Below, in pieces: positions 28,498 through 36,912 of a stretch of 64,000 nt of DNA. Under the pieces are notes generated by a model. That model saw only the letters and a list, made by a program, of their open reading frames with translations. It did no database searches and was not told where the DNA came from. How positions within the stretch are numbered: the first letter of the stretch is position 1; every line of letters begins with the position of its first letter. Location of the stretch: positions 64,001 through 128,000 of the forward strand of contig JAYTOU010000033.1 of assembly GCA_043747615.1 (NCBI GenBank), given 5' to 3'. The position numbers and the translations under genes were made by a program. The stretch is from Myxococcales bacterium (lineage in GTDB: Bacteria; Myxococcota_A; Polyangia; Polyangiales; Polyangiaceae).

Positions 28498-30285
28498 ATG
28501 CCCCAGCCCTGCTCACAGTGCGGCTCTTCGATGCCCGACGGCGCCACCTTCTGCAGCCAGTGCGGTGGGGCGGTCACGTCCGCGAAGGCCGCGCCACTTC
28601 CCGCCGAACGTCCCCCGCAGCGAACGATGCTCGGCTTCGCGTCCAGTCCCGACCCTGCCGTCTCTCGGCCGCCGGCGCCGGCCCCTGAGGTCGCCGCGCG
28701 TGCACGTCCCCTCGGAACGATGGTGGGCATCGCCGCGGTCGATCTCCTCCCGCCGCAAAGCCGTGCTCCCGTGCCCCCGACGTCCTCGCCCCAAGCCGTC
28801 GCGGGCCGGGGCGACAACCAAACGATGCTCGGCGTCGCCATGCCGGGGGTCGCTCCGATTCATGCCGGGCAAGGTGAGCCCCCCGGCCGGGGCGACAACC
28901 AGACGATGCTTGGTGTCGCCGTTCCGGGGATCGCGCCGCTCCAAGCGGGATTCGGCGCGGCTCCGCGATCCTCTCGCCCGATCGAGCCTCCGGTGATCGT
29001 TCCGCGACCGAAAACATTCTTCAACGAACCGATGCCCGAAGCCTTCCGCAAGGCCGCAAGCAAGGGGATCCCACTCGCGCTCGTGGCGGGCGGCGTTGGC
29101 GCGCTCGTAATCCTCCTCGGGATCATGGTGGTCGTAATCTGGAAAAGCGCGCCGCCCCTCGTCGTTCAACCGCGCCTCGGCGAGAAGAACAACGAGCAGC
29201 TCCACCTGGTCTGCGAAAGCTGTCCGGACGGGACCGTAGCGAGCCTCGGCCGCAGCCCGACGATGCCGAAGGACGCGGAGAATCCGACGGCCACCTTCAA
29301 GAGCAAAGAGTGCAACCTCGATCTCGTCTCGCCCCTCAAAGTCGGCGAGAACCCCATCGAAATTCACCTCGATCGCCCGGGCATCGGACGCGACGAAAAA
29401 GTCAAAGCGGTCGTGCCGATCGCCTACCGCGTGCGCGCGGACCTCTCCGACGTCTCGGCGGAGCCTCCGGCGATCAGCGTGCGCGTTGAGACTCTCCCAG
29501 GCACCGAGGTGCGCATCGATGGCAAGCCCGTTGCGCTCGACGCGAGCGGCAAAGGCAGCCATGCCATCGACATCACGGCGGAGACCGAAGGATCGACGGA
29601 GGAGTCACGGGTGATCGAAAAAACCGTCCCGTACGAGGTGACCCTGAAGGGCCAAAAGACAGAGCGCGGAACCGTGTCCGCGAGGGTCGGCGTGGCCGCG
29701 CTTCAGATCGATGCGCCCGGTTCCCATCCCGTCTTCGACACGCCGAAGTTTTTCGTCGCGGGCCGGACGAACAAGGGATCGAAGGTCACGGTGAACGGGC
29801 GGCCGATCGATCTCAGCGCGGCGGGCACCTTCGGCGAGCCCTTCGAGACCCCCGGGGTAGGCGACACGGTTTTGACGATTCGAGCCACACCTCCGCAACT
29901 CGCCGCGCGCACGGTCCACCTGAAGGTGCGGAGGATCGAGCATCTGGAGACCGAAGCGCGCGCCTTCGAAGGCGTGCACCTCCTTGGCTACGACGCCATC
30001 TCGGCGAACATCGCGGCGAGCGTCGGGCAATCGCTGGTCATCGAGGGAGAGGTGCTCGAGTCGCGAACCCTCAACCATCAGACCATCGCGGTGGTGAACG
30101 ATCATCGTGGCTGCGCTCATCGCCCGTGCCCGACGCGCGTGACCCACGGCGCCGACGACGGGCTGCGCCCCGGCGACACGGTCCGCGCGTACGGCCACGT
30201 CACTCGCGCAGTGAAGAACGCCGACGGAAAATCGCTACCGGAAGTGGAAGCCGATTTTCTCATCGTCGGCAAAAGGAAACCGTGA
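28498..30285 (+). CDS. Zinc-ribbon, single-TM protein with an Ig-like/OB-like periplasmic region
   Basis: CSQCG...FCSQCG; repeated TMLG motifs; TM LALVAGGVGALVILLGIMVVVIW. Confidence 0.8.
   Translation: MPQPCSQCGSSMPDGATFCSQCGGAVTSAKAAPLPAERPPQRTMLGFASSPDPAVSRPPAPAPEVAARARPLGTMVGIAAVDLLPPQSRAPVPPTSSPQAVAGRGDNQTMLGVAMPGVAPIHAGQGEPPGRGDNQTMLGVAVPGIAPLQAGFGAAPRSSRPIEPPVIVPRPKTFFNEPMPEAFRKAASKGIPLALVAGGVGALVILLGIMVVVIWKSAPPLVVQPRLGEKNNEQLHLVCESCPDGTVASLGRSPTMPKDAENPTATFKSKECNLDLVSPLKVGENPIEIHLDRPGIGRDEKVKAVVPIAYRVRADLSDVSAEPPAISVRVETLPGTEVRIDGKPVALDASGKGSHAIDITAETEGSTEESRVIEKTVPYEVTLKGQKTERGTVSARVGVAALQIDAPGSHPVFDTPKFFVAGRTNKGSKVTVNGRPIDLSAAGTFGEPFETPGVGDTVLTIRATPPQLAARTVHLKVRRIEHLETEARAFEGVHLLGYDAISANIAASVGQSLVIEGEVLESRTLNHQTIAVVNDHRGCAHRPCPTRVTHGADDGLRPGDTVRAYGHVTRAVKNADGKSLPEVEADFLIVGKRKP
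28804..28938 (+). repeat. Intragenic duplication of about 54 bp, period 81 bp
   Basis: GRGDNQTMLGVAMPGVAP (28804-28857) and GRGDNQTMLGVAVPGIAP (28885-28938). Confidence 0.85.
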
Positions 30286-31562
30286 AGGCCGCCGTCCCGC
30301 TGATGCTCCTCACGAGCGCGGGGCTCCTGGTGGCATCCGCGTCGGCGCAGCGTCTCGATCCAAAGAAGCCAGAGACGCTCATCGTTGGACCGCCGCGTGG
30401 TCCGTCGCCCACCGATCGCGTGGATGGTCAGCGAAGCGGGTTTGCCCGCACTGCCCTTCCCGCGGGACCTCTGCGCGTGTCATGGCGACGCACGTTCGGA
30501 CAAGCGACGGAGCTCCCGGCGCTCTCCCTCACCGACGGCGAAACGGCGATTGTCGTCGGGCGCGGGGAATTGGTGATCCTGGCCGAAGACGGCACCGAGC
30601 GCTGGCGCACGATGCTCGCGAGCGCCGCGGCGAGCGCACCCACGCAACTCTCCGACGGCACTGTGGTGGTCGTGACCTCCGCAGGGGAAGCGGTCGGCGT
30701 ACGGCGCGGCGTGATTCGTTTTCGAACGCGTCTCGGGGGCGATCGATCGCTCGGCGGCCACGTGTCCGCTCTCTCCCTCGAAGACGGCGGGGTGGTCGTT
30801 GCCACGGCAACCGAGCTCACCGCGCTCGATGCCGACGGAGGCGTGCGAGCGCGCGCTGTCGTCTCGGAGACCCTCGCCACACCTCTGCTCGCAGCGCTCG
30901 GCAAGGTGATCGCGATCACCGCTACGGGCGTCGTCTACGGATGGACGCCCGGTCGCGAGCCCCAGCGGCTCGGCAGCTTCGGCGGACCGGTCGACGGCGG
31001 CGCAACCCTCGCCGACGCACACACCCTCGTGGCCGTCATCGATGGGTCGCGCCTCGCCGCGCTCGACCTCGCGCATGGGGTCGTCGTCGCGCGGGCCGTT
31101 GCCGCAGGGGGACTCTATCTCGGGCCTCCGTCCGTCCGCGGTGAGACGGCGTTCCTCCTCTGGCAATCGCAAGGACGTACGTTCACGATAGCAATCGACC
31201 CGTCTGGCCAAGAGATGAGCCGAACGCTCGTGGCCACGTCCCCTCCCCTGCTTCTCGCCGATGGCGGAACGGTGCCGTTCACTTCCACCATGCACACCGG
31301 AACGCTCGTCGATGCCGCGGGAACGATCGCCTTCGCCGCCCCCGAAGGTCGACTCGGCGTCGTCACTTCGAAGGGAACGGTGGAGACGCTGGGCGAGAGG
31401 CTATGTGCCCGGAGCTCGACTGCCTCCAAAGGCCTGGGCAACATCGTTGCGATTGCTCCGGCCACGCACGCGCGCGAGGAGACAGGCGCCATGCTCGCCC
31501 TCTGCGACACCGGAGCGATCGTCAAAGTCTCCTCCGAGGGGGATCCCGGCGTGCCGCCGTAA
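30282..31562 (+). CDS. Secreted PQQ/BamB-like beta-propeller protein
   Basis: Signal peptide; repeated DGT..W, DG.VVV and ALD.DG units; GTGA overlap with the upstream gene. Confidence 0.75.
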   Translation: MKAAVPLMLLTSAGLLVASASAQRLDPKKPETLIVGPPRGPSPTDRVDGQRSGFARTALPAGPLRVSWRRTFGQATELPALSLTDGETAIVVGRGELVILAEDGTERWRTMLASAAASAPTQLSDGTVVVVTSAGEAVGVRRGVIRFRTRLGGDRSLGGHVSALSLEDGGVVVATATELTALDADGGVRARAVVSETLATPLLAALGKVIAITATGVVYGWTPGREPQRLGSFGGPVDGGATLADAHTLVAVIDGSRLAALDLAHGVVVARAVAAGGLYLGPPSVRGETAFLLWQSQGRTFTIAIDPSGQEMSRTLVATSPPLLLADGGTVPFTSTMHTGTLVDAAGTIAFAAPEGRLGVVTSKGTVETLGERLCARSSTASKGLGNIVAIAPATHAREETGAMLALCDTGAIVKVSSEGDPGVPP

Positions 31563-31641
31563 ACGGCAGTGGGCTGGCATTTCTGTATTTCGGCCGTATG
31601 TTCTGGTATCAAGTCGCAGTAGTATCGAGGGAGTAGAGACC

Positions 31642-31965
31642 ATGATCACGATCACCGAAAAGGCAGCAGTGAAGGTCAAAGAGATCGCTTCTTCCGAGGC
31701 GCTCGAGGGCCAAGGTTTGCGCCTTCGGGTCATCGGCGGCGGCTGCGCCGGCTTCAGCTACGACCTCTACTTCGAAGACAAAATGGGCGAGATGGACGAG
31801 GAGTACGAGTCCAACGGCGTAAAGCTTTACGTCGATCCGCTGTCGCACCAGTACCTGGAAGAGACCGAGATCGACTACGTCGAGGGGGTCCACGGGTCGG
31901 GCTTCAAGTTCAACAATCCGAACGTCAAGGGCAGCTGCGGTTGCGGCTCGTCCTTCTCCGTTTGA
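31642..31965 (+). CDS. erpA: A-type Fe-S cluster carrier ErpA/IscA
   Basis: GGGCAGFSY, IDY, GFKFNNPN, CGCGSSF; GAGGGAG upstream. Confidence 0.9.
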   Translation: MITITEKAAVKVKEIASSEALEGQGLRLRVIGGGCAGFSYDLYFEDKMGEMDEEYESNGVKLYVDPLSHQYLEETEIDYVEGVHGSGFKFNNPNVKGSCGCGSSFSV

Positions 31966-31994
31966 GCTTCTCCGTTTGAGCTTCTCCGTCTAAG
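31953..31994 (+). repeat. Three tandem copies of a 14-bp unit spanning the erpA stop codon
   Basis: CTTCTCCGTTTGAG twice, then CTTCTCCGTCTAAG. Confidence 0.9.
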
Positions 31995-32219
31995 AAGCGG
32001 AAATCACCGCCGGAAAGACCCGTGTTCGTAGCGGACATCTTCTGGGGAAGGGTCGGGCGTCGCTGCGGGTTTATCGGTGATGCGCACCGCGCCAAGCACG
32101 CGACGCATCTGGGCTAGAAGAAGAAATCCTCTTCTCTACGACCTCCCACGGTGGCGGTCTATCTGCACTCGAGCGAGGCCGCGTAGCGAACGCATGTCGG
32201 TTCGTTCTAGGATGCAACG

Positions 32220-32615
32220 GTGGACGCTCATGCTCTCGACACGCTTCTCGACGTGCTCCGAAGGGAGCGTGGTGTGCGCTCGGCGTCGCGGGGGTGTCAG
32301 GATGGGACGTGCGGCGCGTGTCGCGTTATCGTCGACGGAGCGCTCGTGAATTCGTGCACGATGAAGTGGGGCGACGTCCCCGAAAACGCGCGCATCGAGA
32401 GCTACGAGGATCTGGAAAACGATCCCGCCGCCGCGCGCGCCGTCGCGGCGTTTCTCAAGGAACGCCCCACACGCTGTCGTCTCTGCGTGGGCCCACTGGG
32501 AGTGACCGCCGTGGCGATCTGCCGAAGGGGCCTCGAGGTCGACGAGGCGATCGGCGAGGCCACCTGCATGTGCACCGGCCGCGGGTCGTGGCGCCGCGCG
32601 CTCACGATTCTCTAG
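32220..32615 (+). CDS. Small CoxS/XdhC-like 2x[2Fe-2S] protein
   Basis: TLLDVLR, GC..G.CGAC.V.VDG..VNSC, C..C, CMCTG. Confidence 0.8.
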   Translation: MDAHALDTLLDVLRRERGVRSASRGCQDGTCGACRVIVDGALVNSCTMKWGDVPENARIESYEDLENDPAAARAVAAFLKERPTRCRLCVGPLGVTAVAICRRGLEVDEAIGEATCMCTGRGSWRRALTIL

Positions 32616-32625
32616 TAATGGGTGT

Positions 32626-33177
32626 CTAGTGAATGGGCTTCCCGCAATTGTCCGTGCTGTATTTCATGTGGTTCTTAAGATGAATCGCGCCCGAGAGGTT
32701 GCCAGACGTCTTTAGAATCGTGACGTCGGCGACGAAGTCCTGCGTGCAGTCCGTGCCCTGACACGACTTCTCGGCTTTCGAGATCACGATCGTCCCCTGC
32801 ATCCCTTGGGTGCACTCCAGCTTGGGAGTATGGCCAACGGAGTCCGGGCCAACCCAGACGCAGGTCTGCGTCTCGAGATCCGCCAAGCGAAACGTTCCGA
32901 TCACTTTGTACGCCTCGATGCTTCGAATCGAGAGCGAGGCGGATGCAGGCTTCGCGCCGGCAACGCGGATCCCACCTTCGATCGAGAATTCGTTCGGCAG
33001 TCCGTTGACGACGAAGTCCGTCGAGACGTTGGTCGACAGATCGACTTCGGCAGTAACGCCCGCCTTGTCGACAAGAGACAGATGCCCCGTCGACGCATCG
33101 TCACTTGATATGGCGCACGGGTTGGCGCATCCGCACGCAAGGAGGCCCCACAGACAGCGAGCGCGGAGAGCGGCCAT
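32626..33177 (-). CDS. Cys-rich lipoprotein
   Basis: LLACGC lipobox-like segment; beta-rich body; lower GC than its neighbours. Confidence 0.65.
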   Translation of the reverse strand: MAALRARCLWGLLACGCANPCAISSDDASTGHLSLVDKAGVTAEVDLSTNVSTDFVVNGLPNEFSIEGGIRVAGAKPASASLSIRSIEAYKVIGTFRLADLETQTCVWVGPDSVGHTPKLECTQGMQGTIVISKAEKSCQGTDCTQDFVADVTILKTSGNLSGAIHLKNHMKYSTDNCGKPIH

Positions 33178-33192
33178 TCAGGCGTTGGATTG

Positions 33193-33208
33193 TGCAGGTT
33201 CCTTGCCA
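33193..33208 (-). promoter_or_regulatory. Putative sigma54 -24/-12 promoter of the lipoprotein gene
   Basis: Minus strand TGGCAAGGAACCTGCA (GG-N10-GC), 15 nt upstream of the ATG. Confidence 0.55.
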
Positions 33209-33400
33209 GCCATTTCGCCCTGAGATTTGGGCGAAACGCGCGCGTCCAGTCCCTTCTGTTCACGGACTGTAGGACTTCCGCCACACTTCACGGACGACAC
33301 CACGTCTCGCCCTCTCCTCAGCGCCCTAGCAAGGCGCCTCAGGGGATCGAGAAAGCGGCGCGTGATGCCCGCTTCATCGACCCCTGAACCCTGAAAGCAA

Positions 33401-33428
33401 TTCGCCCACACCTTGCGGCGTGGGCGAA
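33401..33428 (-). terminator. Hairpin immediately 3' of rnpB
   Basis: TTCGCCCAC/GTGGGCGAA stem, followed on the minus strand by TTGCTTT. Confidence 0.6.
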
Positions 33429-33431
33429 CAG

Positions 33432-33894
33432 GTCGACGTCGTTTGTAAGCCGAGTTCTGTTCCGCGAAAGAATCGCTTCCCTCGCGGCGACGATCATTCC
33501 TCTAGGACGGCCGTTACCGGACGCCTCTAGCAGCCAACCCGCAGGCTCGGGCGAGTAACCCTAGCTCCTCGTCGCCAAGTTTCCCGGACGACTCGGAGCG
33601 CGGTCCGAAGACCGTGCCTGCCTATGCGGCCTTGCTCCCGATGGGGTTTTCCTTGCCACGGACGTTGCCGCCCGCGCGGTGGGCTCTTACCCCGCCTTTT
33701 CACCCTTACCGCCCGCGAGGCCGAAGCTGGCGCGGGAGGCGGTTTCTTTTCTGTGGCACTTTCCTGGGCGTTTCCGCCACCGGGCGTTACCCGGCATCGT
33801 TACTCTCTGGAGCTCGGACTTTCCTCCCGTTTGACGCGTGGCCTTCATTGCTGGAGGTGAACACCAAACCGGCGACCGCCTTCGTGGCGTCGAC
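33432..33894 (-). ncRNA. rnpB: RNase P RNA, bacterial class A
   Basis: Minus strand has GAGGAAAGUCC, AGUGCCACAGAAA and CAGAACUCGGCUUAC, with complementary GUCGAC ends forming P1. Confidence 0.95.
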
Positions 33895-33951
33895 GCGACG
33901 GAAGATGTCACTTTGCACACGCCCCCGCAATGGGTGCATGCTCCCGCGGAA

Positions 33952-34965
33952 ATGCGCTCCGAGCTCCTTTACCTGTCAACCTTTTTTCTGGCGTTCGCCG
34001 CGATGGGTTGCACCAAATCGCTGATCGCTCTGCACGCGCCGAACCTAACGCCGAGCCAGGCGCGCACCGACGCCACCCGCGTGGAGCTAGAGCCGATCAG
34101 CGTCGCCGCCGACGCTCACCCCGAGGTCCCCGGAGCCCGGAATTTCGAACCACCGGGCCCGGCGCACGTCCTGTCGGCCGGCATGACGACGGAGCTTCTG
34201 GCGCGCGCCCTCGAGGGCGGAGACCCGGGCGGCTACGTTGCGCGGTGCCGGCTCGGTCGATTCGCGATGCGAACGAAGACGGAGTCGACGATCGGGCGCA
34301 CCCTTGCTTCTCTCTACGTCGACCTCGCATGCGAGGTGCGTCGTAAGGCGGACAAAACCACGGTGTGGCGCGGCGCGCTGCGTGGGCGTGGATTCGCGGC
34401 GGCCGACTCCAGCGTCTTCTTGAACGACGATCAAATGCTCCAGAGCCTCGCCGATCGCTTGATGAGCGACGTGTCTCGAGAGCTGGCGAGCGATCTCGCC
34501 ATTCGCGTTCTGGCCCTCAAGTCGAAGCCGAGCGGTCGCGTCTTCGCCAACGAAGAAGCGGAACGCGACAGCGCGGGCATCGACGACTCAATGATAGGCA
34601 GCACCGCGCTCTTGGAGACCGAGGAGTCTGCCAAGGCAGCGGCCGGCTCGCTCCGCGATCGCGATCCCGCCGTGCGCGCTGCGGCGTGGAACGTCGTCGC
34701 CATGGCCGCAGGACCGGACGAAGAGTGGGCCGGAGGCGTCGAGGACCACATTGACGACGACGCGTTCGTGCGGTTTTTTCAGTACAAAGCGTTCGCGCGT
34801 CACGGGTCGCGGGCCACGCTGAGCGCCCTCAGGCGCGCGCTGAAAGCCGAGCCTCACGCCTTGCTCGAAGAGTTCTTGAAAGACGTGTTGGGAGGCGAAG
34901 CGCTCTTCGTTCGCGGCGGAAGAAAAGCGAGCGCCGAGACGAACGGCACGACGACCAACCCGTAG
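33952..34965 (+). CDS. Lipoprotein with a C-terminal HEAT-like region
   Basis: FAAMGC lipobox; LRDRDPAVRAAA and D.FVR HEAT-like repeats. Confidence 0.7.
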   Translation: MRSELLYLSTFFLAFAAMGCTKSLIALHAPNLTPSQARTDATRVELEPISVAADAHPEVPGARNFEPPGPAHVLSAGMTTELLARALEGGDPGGYVARCRLGRFAMRTKTESTIGRTLASLYVDLACEVRRKADKTTVWRGALRGRGFAAADSSVFLNDDQMLQSLADRLMSDVSRELASDLAIRVLALKSKPSGRVFANEEAERDSAGIDDSMIGSTALLETEESAKAAAGSLRDRDPAVRAAAWNVVAMAAGPDEEWAGGVEDHIDDDAFVRFFQYKAFARHGSRATLSALRRALKAEPHALLEEFLKDVLGGEALFVRGGRKASAETNGTTTNP

Positions 34966-36236
34966 CGTCCGGCACCAAAAAAAACGGCGTGGGTCGCGGC
35001 AGTCGCGACGATGACGGCGACCGACCACGGAAGAAGCGGCGAGTCCTCCGGATGGATCGGCACGAGCGCGGTGAGGAGCGCGAGCACGAGCAGCGCGACC
35101 CACGCATGCACGGTGAGCCCGAAGACGACGCCAAGGAGAACGAGAGCCAGTTTTGCCTTCGATCGCGCACCAGGCGCACGGACCGAGGCCACGAGAGCAG
35201 CAACTAGCAGCACGCGGCTCACGACCGTCTCGAGCACGCCGAGAGCGAGCTTCGCGCGATCTGGGAACGCGGCTGCGTTCGACGTGTGCAAGTACCACGG
35301 CGCGGCTCCGTAGTAGTCGAAGGTCACCGCGAGCTTCGTGGGGATCTTCGTGAGCCAGCGACCCGGGCTCGACGCGATCCGCTCACGTGCGGCGCGCTCG
35401 AAGCACGCATCTTTCGCCGCCTCATCCCAGACTTCGCGGCACGCTTCGGGGACTTGGATCTCGCCCCAGGCCCCGCTTTCGCTCTCTTCGCCGATGAGGA
35501 GATTCCATCCGGCGTTGACGCTCACGAGAGCGCAGCGATTCATGCGCACGCAGTTTCTCGCCGTCCATGGCAGGCAACAAGCGACGCTGATCACGGAGAC
35601 GACGATCGCGGACATGACTCGCGGATAGACCTTTATTTCTCGCGTAGAAAGAGCACCGAGGAGCGGCGCGAGCACGAGGACCTGGGGGCGCGTTAGCGTG
35701 GCGATGCCCATCACGATCCCGGACAGAGAGCGCCAGCGCCACGGGTGATCCTGCAAGCGCGCCTCCGCCGCGAGGGCGCACGCAATGGCCAGCCACGCCG
35801 CCGTCACCCCTTCCGTCATCAGCGCCGCAGTGTACGGAACGAGCGCGGGATGGAGAGCCACCACCAGTCCGGCTGCGAAGGCGCGGCGCGGGGTCATCAT
35901 GGGCCACGCCAAACGGTGAATCGCAAAGGCACCGAGCGCGCCGAGCACGGCGTTGACCACCATCGCCACCACCGGCTTCGCGCCGAACACTGCGTAAAGA
36001 GCGCCGAGGATCGCTGGATACCCGATCGGATAGTGCGCGGCGTAGGTGACGACGCCATCCGGCCACACCCATGTGTAGCCCTCGCCCTCCGCGACGCGCT
36101 TGGCGATCGCGTGGTAGTAGGTGCCGTCCGCCGCGGGGGGAAATCGTCCGGCCGCCCACAAGGCGACGACGAGGCGTGCGGCGAGGGCTGCGGCGGTGAC
36201 TGCCGCTCCGTCGCGCGTTTGCCGATCTAGCCGCAC
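34854..36236 (-). CDS. GT-C fold membrane glycosyltransferase (ArnT/PMT, GT39/83-like)
   Basis: ADGTYYH, YPIGYP, LMTE, LTRP, PWTARN, RY; many TM segments; TAGTG overlap with the Maf gene. Confidence 0.8.
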   Translation of the reverse strand: MRLDRQTRDGAAVTAAALAARLVVALWAAGRFPPAADGTYYHAIAKRVAEGEGYTWVWPDGVVTYAAHYPIGYPAILGALYAVFGAKPVVAMVVNAVLGALGAFAIHRLAWPMMTPRRAFAAGLVVALHPALVPYTAALMTEGVTAAWLAIACALAAEARLQDHPWRWRSLSGIVMGIATLTRPQVLVLAPLLGALSTREIKVYPRVMSAIVVSVISVACCLPWTARNCVRMNRCALVSVNAGWNLLIGEESESGAWGEIQVPEACREVWDEAAKDACFERAARERIASSPGRWLTKIPTKLAVTFDYYGAAPWYLHTSNAAAFPDRAKLALGVLETVVSRVLLVAALVASVRAPGARSKAKLALVLLGVVFGLTVHAWVALLVLALLTALVPIHPEDSPLLPWSVAVIVATAATHAVFFGAGRYGLVVVPFVSALAFLPPRTKSASPPNTSFKNSSSKA

Positions 36237-36850
36237 TAGAGTTTTTCGAAACGTCGCAAGGCCACGACCAGCTCGCAGGCTGGAAGGCCGACCACGTTGC
36301 TGTACGAGCCGTCGATGCGTGAGATGAGTGAGGCGCCGAGCCCTTGCGCCGCGTACCCTCCGGCCTTGTCGAGCCCCTCGCCACTCGCCGCGTAGGCGTG
36401 GATTTCGGAGACCTCGAGGGGGCGAAACGTCACCCGCGTGGCGACCGTCTCCACGTGAAAGGGCGGGTCGCTCGCGGTGGAGGCGAGAGCGAAGCCGGTG
36501 AGGACTTCGTGGGTCCGGCCGGCGAGGCGGGCGATCATTTCTTGGGCCTCGCTTGCGTTCCCGGGCTTCCCGAGGATCACTTTTCCGTCGATGACCGACG
36601 TGTCGCAGGTCAAAACCACAGATGAGGTGGCGCGCTCTTCGGGGGTGAGGAGCGCGCGGACGGCGTCGAGCTTCGCGAGCACCACGCGCCGTAAATAACC
36701 ATGCGGATCCTCTTCGTCGCGCACGGCCTCGTCCACGTCGGGCGGGCGAACGATGCTCGGAATCAGCAAGCTGGCGAGGATATCGCGGCGACGCGGCGAA
36801 CCGCTTCCGAGGACGAGCGGCGACGACGGCGAAATTCGCTGGGAGGTCAC
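36236..36850 (-). CDS. maf: Maf-family nucleotide pyrophosphatase (YhdE-like)
   Basis: LGSGSPRRRDIL, DE, CDT.V, ILGKP, DKAGGY..QG, GSYSNVVGLP. Confidence 0.92.
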   Translation of the reverse strand: MTSQRISPSSPLVLGSGSPRRRDILASLLIPSIVRPPDVDEAVRDEEDPHGYLRRVVLAKLDAVRALLTPEERATSSVVLTCDTSVIDGKVILGKPGNASEAQEMIARLAGRTHEVLTGFALASTASDPPFHVETVATRVTFRPLEVSEIHAYAASGEGLDKAGGYAAQGLGASLISRIDGSYSNVVGLPACELVVALRRFEKL

Positions 36851-36912
36851 GACGAGCGCTCTTACCAGATCGTTCGTTCGGAAGCGCGGTCCCGTGGTAG
36901 GTTTCCCGCCTC

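Noticed and set aside
31953..31994. CRISPR array
   Set aside because: 14-bp contiguous tandem units with no spacers and no cas genes
33614..33920. Short ORFs over the rnpB region
   Set aside because: They overlap the RNase P RNA gene and are spurious translations
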